This document shows, in pieces, positions 16,870 through 26,197 of a stretch of 58,928 nucleotides of DNA. The notes beneath the pieces are model-generated. The model did no database searches, had not been told where the DNA came from, and worked only from the letters and a program-made list of their open reading frames with translations. Both the position numbers and the translations under genes were made by a program. Source of the stretch: an uncultured Elusimicrobiales bacterium (GTDB lineage Bacteria > Elusimicrobiota > Elusimicrobia > Elusimicrobiales > CAZFMJ01); NCBI GenBank assembly GCA_964520045.1, contig CAZFMJ010000007.1, positions 1-58,928 of the forward strand, read 5' to 3'. The stretch's first letter is position 1, and each line of letters opens with the position of its first letter.

Positions 16870-17457
16870 ATGCAAAAGCGCATAGTATTCACAGGCGGGC
16901 CTTCGGGCGGAAAAACTTCGATTATAGAGATAGTGCAGAGGCATTTCGGCGCTAAAGTCGTTACAGTGCCGGAAGCCGCCACTATACTCTATCAAGGGGG
17001 GTTTCCAAGAAAGCCCGGCCCCGCAAATATGAGGCATATCCAAAAGGCCATATATTACGTGGTGCGGGAATTGGAAGATATGGCTGAAAGCGCAATAGCG
17101 GCGCCCGTGGCTTTATGCGACAGGGGCACTCTGGACGGCATGGCTTATTGGCCCGCGGGGGGCGAAGAATTTTTATTTTCCGTGGGTTCAAACCTTAAAA
17201 AAGAATTTTCCAGATATAATATCGTAATCCATCTGCGGTGTCCCGCGTCTAAAGGGGGGTATCAGCCCTCTCAGACAAGGATAGAGAGTCTGGATCAGGC
17301 GCTTAAACTGGATAAAAAGATAGAGCATGTGTGGGAGGGGCATTCCAAGAGATTTATCGTGCCGGATGAGCCCGATTTTCTTATTAAAGTAAGCCGGGTT
17401 ATGGAGATACTGGAGGCTGAAATCCCGAGGTTGATGCTTACAGGAGGGAAACTATGA
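16870..17457 (+). CDS. P-loop ATPase (AAA_28/NadR-like kinase fold)
   Basis: Walker A motif [11 protein letters not shown] at the N-terminus. 195 aa. Confidence 0.7.
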   Translation: MQKRIVFTGGPSGGKTSIIEIVQRHFGAKVVTVPEAATILYQGGFPRKPGPANMRHIQKAIYYVVRELEDMAESAIAAPVALCDRGTLDGMAYWPAGGEEFLFSVGSNLKKEFSRYNIVIHLRCPASKGGYQPSQTRIESLDQALKLDKKIEHVWEGHSKRFIVPDEPDFLIKVSRVMEILEAEIPRLMLTGGKL

Positions 17458-18035
17458 GTTGGAAATTTTGGAAAAAAGAAGTTCCCGCGGAGCGGGAGAA
17501 AGAAAAAGACAAGGGGCCGGAAATTAAACTGCCTTTGCCGCAGGAGGATAAAACCGTTTCTGAAGAGATAAAACCTGAGGTCGAGGTTAAGGAAACAGCG
17601 CGGCCGCAAAAGGCCGAAGTCTCGGCCGGCCTGCCGGCAGCGGGGCGGACGGCTGTTGAGGCCGCTCCTGTTGAAAAAGCTGTTTTGCCGGAAAAAAAGG
17701 AACCCAAGGTTGAGCCTAAGGACGAAAAACCGCGCCAGACCGACGAGGAACTTGAAGCTGAATTGATGAAAATAGCGCCGGAGCTGATGGCGCAAGCGAA
17801 GACCCCTGAATCACGTCGGCGTATCGTGGAACTGGCGCGTAAAATGAAGAGTGACGGCGTGGATATAAAAAGCACAAAACAGGTTAATAGTTGGCTGAAA
17901 AAAAATCCCGACGCTGTTTCTAACGAACCCGCGCAGAAAGTTGAGACGTATGTGCGCCCCGAACCTAAAGTGGGAAGAAATGATCCCTGCTCCTGCGGAA
18001 GCGGCAAAAAGTACAAAAAGTGCTGCGGAAAGTAG
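17454..18035 (+). CDS. SEC-C motif protein with a K/E/P-rich disordered N-terminal part
   Basis: C-terminal [20 protein letters not shown] (SEC-C zinc motif). Overlaps the upstream gene by 4 nt (ATGA). Confidence 0.75.
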   Translation: MSWKFWKKEVPAEREKEKDKGPEIKLPLPQEDKTVSEEIKPEVEVKETARPQKAEVSAGLPAAGRTAVEAAPVEKAVLPEKKEPKVEPKDEKPRQTDEELEAELMKIAPELMAQAKTPESRRRIVELARKMKSDGVDIKSTKQVNSWLKKNPDAVSNEPAQKVETYVRPEPKVGRNDPCSCGSGKKYKKCCGK

Positions 18036-18042
18036 TAAAGAA

Positions 18043-18108
18043 GTAAGACGGTAGACGGGAGATGGTAGACGGAAAAAAGCAGATAGCATAAAGTAGATAG
18101 TATACAGC
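18043..18108 (+). repeat. Heptamer array after the SEC-C gene stop
   Basis: GTAAGACGGTAGACGGGAGATGGTAGACGG...GCAGATAGCATAAAGTAGATAGTATACAGC. Period 7. Confidence 0.8.
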
Positions 18109-18157
18109 GAAACCGGCGATTAAAAACTAAATCGTTTGTTGCCGCCGGTTTCTTTTT
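18108..18157 (+). terminator. Possible terminator with a large loop
   Basis: GAAACCGGCG ... 25-nt loop ... CGCCGGTTTC, then TTTTTC. Confidence 0.45.
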
Positions 18158-18241
18158 CAATCCTACGTTTTTTATACCTTTGTGCGAGTGTTTTTTACCT
18201 AATTTTCGATTCCTGTATCTTATCGGCCGGCTGTTTTCTTC

Positions 18242-18268
18242 CCTGTCTGCTATCTACTGTCTACCTTC
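18242..18268 (-). repeat. Inverted heptamer arm upstream of the next gene
   Basis: CCTGTCTGCTATCTACTGTCTACCTTC. Confidence 0.75.
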
Positions 18269-18378
18269 TTCTTGGTGCCCGAAAGACCTATGCCGGATAT
18301 GGGACTAAGGACTCTTTGACCGATTTTTGTTTTGGTGTAAAATAACGGATATCAGCAATAAAAAAGGAGATTGTGTTT

Positions 18379-19062
18379 ATGGTAAAGAAAACAGTTATCA
18401 GCGCCGCTATATTTGTTCTGACAGGCGGTGTCATGGCCCATGGGGCGTCGTTTAATCCCGACAACAGCGCTTCGCCCTATAAAATTGATATGCCTGAGAT
18501 AACGATTCCTTCCGCAGGCATGCCGAAGGCCGGTATCCTTTCAGACCTGCTTCTTCTGTCCGCCCTTGGATCCGACGGTGAATGCATGTCCGTCACAAAT
18601 ATTCAGCTTGAAAAATTTATTTCCAGTTTTAAGAATTGGAGCGAAGAAACCGATTCTTATGTGGCGGATATAGTAGCGGAGAATCCTTCTCTTGCGGTGG
18701 ACCTCATAAAGTATTCCATAGATTTCCGCAGGCTGTGCGGAGATATGGAAAATAATGCGAATATAGCGGAATCGACGCGGAAATTATGGAAATCAATGTT
18801 CTACTACATGGGCAAGGTTCAGCCGAGATTTGCCGAAGCGATAAACAACCGGTTTAAGGAACTGGATAAAAAATCCGACTCCCAGCTTGTCGATATGGTG
18901 AAAAAAGACAAGGGTTTTGTTCTGCTGATGTCTTCATTGTGCAGCGAAGTGCAGGAGCGGCTGGGTTTTATGGCGGGGGACGCTTTCTGGGACGGACTGC
19001 TCGGCCTTGCAAAAAAAACAGGAGAAAGACTGGATAAGGCGCTTTCTTCCGTGTCCGACTGA
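18379..19062 (+). CDS. Hypothetical secreted protein
   Basis: ORF 18373-19062. I prefer ATG at 18379, about 9 nt after AAGGAG. Signal peptide MVKKTVISAAIFVLTGGVMAHG. Followed by a clean terminator. Confidence 0.6.
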   Translation: MVKKTVISAAIFVLTGGVMAHGASFNPDNSASPYKIDMPEITIPSAGMPKAGILSDLLLLSALGSDGECMSVTNIQLEKFISSFKNWSEETDSYVADIVAENPSLAVDLIKYSIDFRRLCGDMENNANIAESTRKLWKSMFYYMGKVQPRFAEAINNRFKELDKKSDSQLVDMVKKDKGFVLLMSSLCSEVQERLGFMAGDAFWDGLLGLAKKTGERLDKALSSVSD

Positions 19063-19078
19063 CAAAGGTTTGTATTGA

Positions 19079-19110
19079 AAAAAGCCGCCCCAAAAGGGCG
19101 GCTTTTTTTA
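19079..19110 (+). terminator. Rho-independent terminator
   Basis: AAAAGCCGCCC-CAAAA-GGGCGGCTTTTTTTA, 17 nt after the stop of 18379-19062. Confidence 0.85.
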
Positions 19111-19127
19111 TATATAATACTTCTTAA

Positions 19128-20033
19128 ATGAATCCCGTGGTTTCACTTTGGATATGCTGGCTTTTTAATTCCACGTGGCCGATAACCGGACATGTCGCGG
19201 TTTTAAAAATGTCGCCTGTTCTGCTGGCCTGGTTCGCTGCGTTCGCCGGGTTTTGCGTTTTTATTCCGCGGGTTTATAAAACAGGCGCGTGGAGAAAACT
19301 TCTGCGCGCGGATGTCTTCTGGAAGATGGTTTATGTCGGCGCTTTCGGGAGCGCCATCCCGATAATTTTCTTTTTTTCCGCGCTTAAATATACCACGCCC
19401 GCAAATGCCGCGATACTTGCCCAGATAGAGGTCGTATATTCTTTTCTGATCGCCTATCTGCTTCTCTCGGAAAAAATTTCAGGTTCCCAAATTGCGGGGA
19501 GTCTGCTCGTTGTATCCGGCACCTGTCTTATAGCCTTCAATGAAAGGCTTTCTCCAAGATGGAGGGGCGATTTGATGATACTTGCCACTCCGTGGATGTA
19601 TCAATTATCCCACGCCTTTGTAAAAAAACTCCCCGATGACTGCCCCGAATTTTTAATAGCGTTCGGAAGGCTGTTTTTCGGCTGGATTATCCTTACGCCC
19701 ATAGTCGCGGCATACGCTCTCTTCGGTAATTTGTATTTTGAGCCGGGGATTAAAGCTTTTTCCGTCATATTGTACCACGGTATTATTTTGAGCGCGTTTT
19801 CCATATTTTTGTGGTACAATACCATACGCAGAATGGACCTTGCAAAAGCCACGGCTGTTCTGCTTTCTTATCCCGTGATGACTACTCTGCTTTCATGGCT
19901 CCTGTTAAGGGAAAAGATTTTTCCCTACCAGATAGGCGGAATGGTTCTTGCTATCGCCGGAGCATGGTGGATAACTCTTCTATCAAAGCAATCCTCTCGT
20001 GGTATCATAAAGGATTCTTTAAGTCAGGTATAA
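19128..20033 (+). CDS. EamA/DMT family transporter
   Basis: 301 aa with about 10 TM segments and a two-fold EamA-like organisation. The start codon is uncertain. Confidence 0.75.
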   Translation: MNPVVSLWICWLFNSTWPITGHVAVLKMSPVLLAWFAAFAGFCVFIPRVYKTGAWRKLLRADVFWKMVYVGAFGSAIPIIFFFSALKYTTPANAAILAQIEVVYSFLIAYLLLSEKISGSQIAGSLLVVSGTCLIAFNERLSPRWRGDLMILATPWMYQLSHAFVKKLPDDCPEFLIAFGRLFFGWIILTPIVAAYALFGNLYFEPGIKAFSVILYHGIILSAFSIFLWYNTIRRMDLAKATAVLLSYPVMTTLLSWLLLREKIFPYQIGGMVLAIAGAWWITLLSKQSSRGIIKDSLSQV

Positions 20034-20039
20034 TTGACT

Positions 20040-21314
20040 ATGACAAAACCTCTTCTTATTACGGGCTTAAGGCAATTGCTTACATTGAGCGGGTCTAAAA
20101 CCGCGCGCCGCGGCAAAGCTATGGGCGAAACGGGCATTATAAAAGACGGCGCCGTTCTTATGGATAAGGGAGTTATACTCGCGTCGGGAGTCTCGGGCGA
20201 AGTGATGAAGCATCCGCTTGCGTCGTTGTCTGAGGATGTTTCCGTCAAAGGCGTAGCGCTGCCGGGTTTTGTCGACAGCCATACCCATCCGGTATTCGCG
20301 CAGGCCCGGCTGGCCGATTTTTCAATGAGGACGGCGGGGGCTTCCTATCAGCAGATAAAAGCCGCGGGCGGCGGAATAATTTCAAGCGTAAACGGCGTAA
20401 GAAATGCGCGTCAGACGGATATGGAAGACGACTTGCGCCAGAGAGCTGTTCGTTTTCTTGAGGCCGGAACTACCACGATAGAGGCAAAGAGCGGATACGG
20501 CCTTTCTCCGGAGTCGGAGGAAAAGATGCTTAGGGTCATAGCCGCCGTGGCCGGAGAAGGACCGCTTGAAATTCTGCCTACTCTGCTTGCGGCGCATGCC
20601 GTGCCTCCCGAATTCGGGGGGGACGCCGAAAAATATTCCGAATACGTAATAAAGGAAATCCTTCCGCGGATCTCGCGGCAGAAGCTGGCGGTATTTGCCG
20701 ACGTATTCTGCGAAAAGGGTTATTTTTCTCCGGAGCAGTCGAAGCGGATCCTTAATGCGGCAAAGCGTCTGGGGCTTAAATCCAAAGTGCATGCCGAACA
20801 GCTTAACAGATACGGCGGAGCGATGGTCGCGGCGCAGGTAAAGGCGGTGTCCGCCGACCATCTTGACTTCGCTTCGGACAAAGAGATTTCAGCCATGAAG
20901 AAGGCTAAAGTTATCGCCACTCTGCTTCCTGCTTCTAATTACTTTCTCGGATTAAAAAACTATCCGCAGTCGCGCAAAATGATAGACGCCGGACTGCCTA
21001 CGGCTCTTGCCACTGATTTTAATCCCGGCACCTGCCCGTGCTGGAATATGCAGATGGTCATTTCCATAGCCTGCACCCAGATGAGGATGTCTCCGGAAGA
21101 AGCGATTACCGCTTCAACCATAAACGGGGCGCATGCTTTGGGCATTGCCGGAAGGACGGGCAGTATTGAGCCCGGAAAACAGGCTGATTTAATCGTGATC
21201 GATGCAGACGATTACCGGGAGCTTGCCTATTATTTCGGCGACAATCAGTGCGCCATGACCATAAAAAAGGGAAAGATAGTTTACGATAAGCATAAAATAA
21301 GCGATAAGATATAA
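20040..21314 (+). CDS. hutI: Imidazolonepropionase
   Basis: LPGFVDSHTHPVFA metal site. ASYQQIKAAGGGIISSV matches the HutI signature region. ATG at 20040 lies inside track ORF 20034-21314. Confidence 0.88.
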   Translation: MTKPLLITGLRQLLTLSGSKTARRGKAMGETGIIKDGAVLMDKGVILASGVSGEVMKHPLASLSEDVSVKGVALPGFVDSHTHPVFAQARLADFSMRTAGASYQQIKAAGGGIISSVNGVRNARQTDMEDDLRQRAVRFLEAGTTTIEAKSGYGLSPESEEKMLRVIAAVAGEGPLEILPTLLAAHAVPPEFGGDAEKYSEYVIKEILPRISRQKLAVFADVFCEKGYFSPEQSKRILNAAKRLGLKSKVHAEQLNRYGGAMVAAQVKAVSADHLDFASDKEISAMKKAKVIATLLPASNYFLGLKNYPQSRKMIDAGLPTALATDFNPGTCPCWNMQMVISIACTQMRMSPEEAITASTINGAHALGIAGRTGSIEPGKQADLIVIDADDYRELAYYFGDNQCAMTIKKGKIVYDKHKISDKI

Positions 21315-21371
21315 GCGGAAAAGCAGAACGCAGATGACAGCGAAGCAGTCCCGCGCAGTTTGCGGGGCGCA

Positions 21372-21444
21372 GTCCCATTCTTTCCTTGAAAGGCTTTGAG
21401 AATGGGTCAGTCCAAACTCACTGCCCTTAAGGATAGTTTGGGGC
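21372..21444 (+). repeat. REP-like element, copy 4
   Basis: GTCCCATTCTTTCCTTGAAAGGCTTTGAGAATGGGTCAGTCCAAACTCACTGCCCTTAAGGATAGTTTGGGG. Confidence 0.85.
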
Positions 21445-21477
21445 AGCGTTATCAGCGTTCTATATTTAGTTGATGTT

Positions 21478-22329
21478 ATGAAAATTATTCTTTTTGACAT
21501 AGACGGAACGCTTGTAAAAGCCGGCGGAGCCGGAAAACTCGCCTTAAACAAGGCGGTAAAGACCCTTCACGGCGCCGAGGATGTCTGCTCAAAATTTTAT
21601 CTTGCCGGAGGCACCGATAAGGTTAATTTTATGCAGGCTTTTATCGAGGCAAAAGGCAGAAAGCCGGCAAGGAAGGAAGTAAAGGCCGTAGAAAAAAAAT
21701 ATCTCGAACTCCTGCCGGCGGAAGTGGACAATGCGGTTAAAGACGGCAGATACATGGAAATACCCGGAGTCGCGCAATTGCTTAAGTTTTTATCAAAACG
21801 CAGAGATGTTTTTATCGGGCTCGGCACGGGAAATCTAAAAAAGGGCGCTTTTATAAAGCTCAAGCCTTCGGGTTTGTCAAAATATTTTATATTCGGTGGA
21901 TTCGGCTGTGATTCCTATGAAAGGGCGGAAGTGCTGAAAAAGGCTGTTAAAAGGGCGGAGAAAATAGCGGGCAGAAAAGCGCGGGTCTGCGACGTGTATA
22001 TTATAGGAGACACCCATAAGGATGTTTCCGCCGGAAAAGAGGCGGGGTATCATACCGGCGCCGTAACGTGCGGTTTCGGCGACCGTTCTAAAATAATGAG
22101 AACAGGGCCTGAGCTTGTTGCCGAAGATTTTACGGATTTATCCCCGTGGCTTATATGGCTTGGGCTGAAAAAAGACCCGAAAGGAATAAAACGCGATTCG
22201 CTGATGTTTCCGGACACGCCTATCGAACATGTGCAATACGCGAGAACAGGAGAAGAGGGTAGATGGGAGACGGTAGACGGTAGACGGCAAATGGGGAAAG
22301 GGAGACGGAAGAGTAAAAACGGCAAATGA
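21478..22329 (+). CDS. HAD-superfamily hydrolase (phosphatase)
   Basis: Motif I is ILFDIDGTLV. Motif IV-like is YIIGDTHKDV. The last ~25 aa (GEEGRWETVDGRRQMGKGRRKSKNGK) are translated from the heptamer repeat array. Confidence 0.8.
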   Translation: MKIILFDIDGTLVKAGGAGKLALNKAVKTLHGAEDVCSKFYLAGGTDKVNFMQAFIEAKGRKPARKEVKAVEKKYLELLPAEVDNAVKDGRYMEIPGVAQLLKFLSKRRDVFIGLGTGNLKKGAFIKLKPSGLSKYFIFGGFGCDSYERAEVLKKAVKRAEKIAGRKARVCDVYIIGDTHKDVSAGKEAGYHTGAVTCGFGDRSKIMRTGPELVAEDFTDLSPWLIWLGLKKDPKGIKRDSLMFPDTPIEHVQYARTGEEGRWETVDGRRQMGKGRRKSKNGK

Positions 22330-22369
22330 TTTTTTTTACCGTTTACCTTTTACCATCTACCTTCTACCG
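22250..22369. repeat. Composite heptamer unit overlapping the HAD gene 3' end
   Basis: GGAGAAGAGGGTAGATGGGAGACGGTAGACGGTAGACGG...core...TACCGTTTACCTTTTACCATCTACCTTCTACCG. Confidence 0.85.
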
Positions 22370-22425
22370 ATTGAAACGGCGGAAAGGAAAATACAAAATT
22401 GGAAATCGCGAATTGAGAATAAAAT

Positions 22426-23289
22426 ATGTCTTTTCCTAATTTTAAGAATAAGTACGGGCAAAAACCTGTTTTCACGGCAAAGGACTATCTTAAATATCTG
22501 GAAAACACAAACCGTCTTCCCGGTTTTAAGCCTCCCGAAGGTATAATTTTCTGCTACAGCCGCAGGTTTATCGAACAAGTTCTTAGAAAACATAAAATAG
22601 CCGACGCCGCGGGTTTCGGCGGCAGAATATATCTATTGGAAGAGTCCGGCCGGCGGATAGGTGTCGCGCTATCGGGGATAGGCGCGCCTGCCGTTATAAC
22701 GAGGATGGAGGAATATATCGCCTTCGGGGTTAAAAAATTTATTTCAATAGGAACAGCCGGCAGTCTGCAGAAAGATTTGGATATAGGAAGTCTTGTAATA
22801 TGCGAAAAGGCGATAAGAGATGAAGGCGTGTCGCATCATTATCTTCCGCCGTCAAAATACGCATATGCTTCAAAAGATCTGACCAAAAAAATTATAAATG
22901 CCGTGAAATCAGCCGGCCTGAAATATACCTGCGGTCCAAACTGGACAATAGACGTCCCGTATATGGAAACAAAAGCTGAAATTAAAAAATATCAGCGGGA
23001 AGGGGTGTTGACCGTAGATATGGAAGCGGCATCAATTTTTGCCGCGGCGCAGCGCAGGGATGTTCAAGCCGGCGCAGTTTTTATGGTGAGCGATTCTTTG
23101 GCGGATTTAAAATGGAATCCGCAGTTTCACTCGGTAAAATTAAATGCGGGTTTTGAGACTGTATTTAATTCCTGCGTTTCGGCCTTGTCGGTAAATACCC
23201 GGCAGAACGCAGACCCATTCTTTCCCTCAAAAGCTTTGAGAATGGGTCAGTCCAAACTCACCGCTTTTATGGATGGTTTGGGCAGATGA
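22426..23289 (+). CDS. Nucleoside phosphorylase (PNP_UDP_1 family)
   Basis: GVLTVDMEAASIFAAAQ and ISIGTAGS motifs. The C-terminal ~25 aa and the stop codon lie inside a REP copy (23212-23284). Confidence 0.8.
   Translation: MSFPNFKNKYGQKPVFTAKDYLKYLENTNRLPGFKPPEGIIFCYSRRFIEQVLRKHKIADAAGFGGRIYLLEESGRRIGVALSGIGAPAVITRMEEYIAFGVKKFISIGTAGSLQKDLDIGSLVICEKAIRDEGVSHHYLPPSKYAYASKDLTKKIINAVKSAGLKYTCGPNWTIDVPYMETKAEIKKYQREGVLTVDMEAASIFAAAQRRDVQAGAVFMVSDSLADLKWNPQFHSVKLNAGFETVFNSCVSALSVNTRQNADPFFPSKALRMGQSKLTAFMDGLGR
23212..23284 (+). repeat. REP-like element, copy 5 (inside the 3' end of the nucleoside phosphorylase CDS)
   Basis: GACCCATTCTTTCCCTCAAAAGCTTTGAGAATGGGTCAGTCCAAACTCACCGCTTTTATGGATGGTTTGGGC. 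Confidence 0.85.
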
Positions 23290-23290
23290 C

Positions 23291-23612
23291 GCTGATAATT
23301 ATAAATATTAGGAAAAAAGCCGAAGACTAAACGCAAAGAACGCAAAGTAAACGCAAAGGACACAGACACATTCTTTCCTTAAAAGGCGTTGAGAATGGGT
23401 CAGTCCAAACTCATTGCCTTTTCCGCCTCTCCGTTTTTTGCGGATGGCGAGATCCCGCCGGGCTATGCGGCGGAAAGGTTTGTTTGGACAGAGTGAATCT
23501 GATGGATGAGGTGAAGACGAATTATCCAATCAGGTCGTTGGCATAGCGATGAAAGTTAATGGCTTGTAATCTTTGCGTTCTTAGCGTAAGTTCTTTGCGT
23601 CCTTTGCGGTTA
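23291..23612 (+). mobile_element. Miniature (internally deleted) GxxExxY cassette, copy B, with a nested REP
   Basis: It has the same leader and CGCAAAG repeats and keeps the 5' gene remnant ...CCAATCAGGTCGTTGGCATAGCGATGAAAGT. That remnant is joined directly to TAATGGCTTGTAA (the gene's last codons) and the right repeat. Confidence 0.6.
23367..23490 (+). repeat. REP-like element, copy 6 (with a ~60-nt nested insert in hairpin 2)
   Basis: The insert TTCCGCCTCTCCGTTTTTTGCGGATGGCGAGATCCCGCCGGGCTATGCGGCGGAAAGG is the reverse complement homolog of the insert in copy 3. Confidence 0.8.
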
Positions 23613-23674
23613 AACTTTTTGCGCTTTGGCTTGTTTATTAATGCGGGCGGTTATCTTTATCGGGGTGTTGTAGT

Positions 23675-24427
23675 ATGCGTGTAAAAAAAGACTGGTATAA
23701 AAAATTTTTTAAAGATTCATTTTATAATCCCGCCTCTCCCGCAGCCGTGGAACATGCTCCGGAAGAGGCCGCGTTTGTAATGAGGGTATTGGGACTAAAG
23801 AAAAGGGCGAAGATATTAGATTTATGCTGCGGTCCGGGCAGGCATTCAGTCCTGCTCGCAGAGAAGGGTTTTGACGTAACAGGCTTTGATTTTTCAAAAG
23901 AATATCTGGCTCAGGCTGAACAAAAAGCCGAAAGAGCCGGCGCGCGGATAAAATTTATTCACGGCGACATGCGGAGGCTTAAGTTTAAGAATGAATTCGA
24001 CGCGGCAATAAACATGTTCACGAGTTTCGGGTATTTCAGGAATTTTAAAGACGACATAAGGGTTCTTAAGGGAATAAACAAATCTTTAAAGCATAAAGGG
24101 TTGCTCCTGATGGATATAAAGAACGGAGAGTCTTTGCGCTGGAATTTTTCCCCCAGAGACTGGTATGAGGAAAATGGCGCGTTTTATCTTGAGGAGCGGG
24201 CTTTTAAGCCGGGGACTAAAAATATGCTTCAATGCAGAAGAGTTAAAATAGCGCCCGGCGGTAAAATGCAGGGGAGATTTTTTGAGATAAGAGTGTATAA
24301 TAAAAAATCCCTGAGCATAGCCCTGAGTAAAGCTGGGTTTATCCCCCTTAAATTCTGGGGCGGTTTTGACGGCCAAAAATTATCGGATAAAACGAAGCGG
24401 CTTATTGTATTGGCAAAAAAACAGTAA
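23675..24427 (+). CDS. Class I SAM-dependent methyltransferase
   Basis: Motif I is ILDLCCGPGRHS. 250 aa. Confidence 0.85.
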   Translation: MRVKKDWYKKFFKDSFYNPASPAAVEHAPEEAAFVMRVLGLKKRAKILDLCCGPGRHSVLLAEKGFDVTGFDFSKEYLAQAEQKAERAGARIKFIHGDMRRLKFKNEFDAAINMFTSFGYFRNFKDDIRVLKGINKSLKHKGLLLMDIKNGESLRWNFSPRDWYEENGAFYLEERAFKPGTKNMLQCRRVKIAPGGKMQGRFFEIRVYNKKSLSIALSKAGFIPLKFWGGFDGQKLSDKTKRLIVLAKKQ

Positions 24428-24449
24428 ATAACTTCTCTTGGAGGATAAC

Positions 24450-25937
24450 ATGTCAAAATATGTCGAATGTGTGCCTAATTTCAGCGAAGGCAGAGATGCG
24501 GGAAAAATCGAGCAGATAGTTTCCGCCGCGCGCAATACTGCCGGCGTAGTCATTCTTGACGTTGAGAAGGATATTGATCATAACAGAACTGTGCTTTCTT
24601 TTGTGGCGCCCGTTGAAACTGCCGTTGAAGCATGTTTTAAAGCTGTGAAAAAGGCGGCAGAGCTTATCGACTTAAATTATCATAAGGGAGAGCACCCTCG
24701 CATGGGAGCGATGGATGTGGCTCCCTTTATCCCCGTGCTCGGTTCTTCCATTGAAGACTGCATAACTTTGGCGAAACAGCTCGGGGAAAGAATCGGGAAA
24801 GAGCTTCAAATACCGGTCTATCTTTACGACCAGGCCGCATTAAGGCCCGACAGAAAAGATCTGGCAAAAGTGCGGAAAGGCCAGTTTGAAGGCCTCAAAA
24901 CCGAGATCGGAACAAATCCCGAAAAAATTCCCGACTTCGGCCCGAACAAGATACATCCTACCGCTGGCGCAATGGCCGTAGGGGCAAGGGAGCAGATAAT
25001 AAATTTCAATGTGAATCTGGATACAAAGGATATGGAATTCGGGAAGGGACTTGCCAAAAAGATAAGAACTTCCGGCGGAGGACTGCCGTGTCTGCGCGCC
25101 AAAGAAATATTCCTCGAATCAAAGGGACAGGTGCAGATATCCACGGTGCTTACCAATTACAAGGTGACTTCAATAAAGACGGTAATAGACGCCATACAAA
25201 GGGAAACGGAGCCGAAAGGAATAAAAATAGCGGATACTGAACTCATAGGCCTTACCACGCAGGAGGCTATAAACGGCTTTGCGCTTGAGACCCTGAAGGT
25301 GATCAATTTTCAGCCGTCGGCGCAGATTCTTGAAAGCCGGCTTTCAGATCTGCTTTCCACGTGGCAGTCAGGCTCGGACAAGCTTGTGGATGCTCTTTCC
25401 AACACGGACCCTACTCCGGGCGGAGGAAGCGCCGCAGCTGTTTCGGGAGCCATGGGGTGCGCTTTGGGGCAGATGGCTATGGGGATATCTCTTCAGAGTA
25501 AAAAACTGGATGAAGCCAAAAAACCCGCTTTAAGAAAAGGGCATGAAGCTCTCGGGCGCTTGAGAAGCGAAATGCAGGCCTGCATGAGGGAAGATTCAAG
25601 GGCGTTTGAGCTGTTTATGGAAACGCGAAAAATTCCCAAAGATGATCCGTCGAGGCCGGCAAAAATGCAGGCGGCTCTTTGTTACGCCGCCGAGGTGCCT
25701 TTAAAGACGGCGCGGATTGCGTCTCAGGCTTTGGATGAGCTTAAAGACAGCGGCGGCATATCGCCGTCCGTAGGTTCGGATTACAGAAGCGCCAATCATC
25801 TTTTGCTTTGCGCCATAAAATGCGCGGCGGAAAATGTTAAAATAAACATTGAATCAATACAGGATAAAAATTATTCCGCAAAGCTGGAGAAAGAGCTGGA
25901 GTCGTTTATGGATGCCGTTAAATGCGGATGCTGTTAA
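24450..25937 (+). CDS. ftcD: Glutamate formimidoyltransferase fused to a cyclodeaminase domain
   Basis: YVECVPNFSEGRD N-terminus (formiminotransferase). C-terminal TPGGGSAAAVSGAMGCALG (cyclodeaminase). ATG at 24450 follows GGAGGA and lies inside track ORF 24438-25937. Confidence 0.88.
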   Translation: MSKYVECVPNFSEGRDAGKIEQIVSAARNTAGVVILDVEKDIDHNRTVLSFVAPVETAVEACFKAVKKAAELIDLNYHKGEHPRMGAMDVAPFIPVLGSSIEDCITLAKQLGERIGKELQIPVYLYDQAALRPDRKDLAKVRKGQFEGLKTEIGTNPEKIPDFGPNKIHPTAGAMAVGAREQIINFNVNLDTKDMEFGKGLAKKIRTSGGGLPCLRAKEIFLESKGQVQISTVLTNYKVTSIKTVIDAIQRETEPKGIKIADTELIGLTTQEAINGFALETLKVINFQPSAQILESRLSDLLSTWQSGSDKLVDALSNTDPTPGGGSAAAVSGAMGCALGQMAMGISLQSKKLDEAKKPALRKGHEALGRLRSEMQACMREDSRAFELFMETRKIPKDDPSRPAKMQAALCYAAEVPLKTARIASQALDELKDSGGISPSVGSDYRSANHLLLCAIKCAAENVKINIESIQDKNYSAKLEKELESFMDAVKCGCC

Positions 25938-25947
25938 AAAAATAAAA

Positions 25948-26170
25948 CAGAAGATTAAACGCAAAGAGCGCAAAGCAAACGCAAAGGACACAGATCCATT
26001 CTTTCCATGAAAGTCTTTGAGAATGGGCAGTCCAAACTCATTGCCTCAAAGGAAAGTTTGGACGAAGCGGATCTGATGGGAATGACGGGAAATAGACTGT
26101 CAAGGTAAGTCATCGGTATGACAATGCGGGGACAGTGAATGGTTTATAATCTTTGCGTCCTTTGCGGTTT
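25948..26170 (+). mobile_element. Miniature GxxExxY cassette, copy C, with a nested REP
   Basis: CGCAAAG left repeats, then a REP at the same position as in copy B. The remnant ends ...GACAGTGAATGGTTTATAATCTTTGCGTCCTTTGCGG. Confidence 0.55.
25995..26063 (+). repeat. REP-like element, copy 7
   Basis: TCCATTCTTTCCATGAAAGTCTTTGAGAATGGGCAGTCCAAACTCATTGCCTCAAAGGAAAGTTTGGAC. Confidence 0.85.
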
Positions 26171-26197
26171 TATTTGTGTTAAAAAAAGGAGAAGACG

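Noticed and set aside
17438-18160. Long antisense ORFs in the track. Examples: 17438-18160(-), 17295-17795(-), 13204-13713(-), 44000-44635(-), 55280-55936(-), 55339-55923(-), 57550-58218(-), 37036-37617(-), 16518-16982(-).
   Set aside because: Each lies antisense to, or out of frame within, a CDS with clear family motifs. Their sequences are low-complexity mirror images of the real genes (S/R/F/L-rich), with no RBS or motifs.
20040-25937. hutI and ftcD as a histidine-utilisation operon.
   Set aside because: hutH and hutU are absent from the window, and the two genes are separated by unrelated HAD, phosphorylase and methyltransferase genes. This is ordinary scattered metabolism, not a system.
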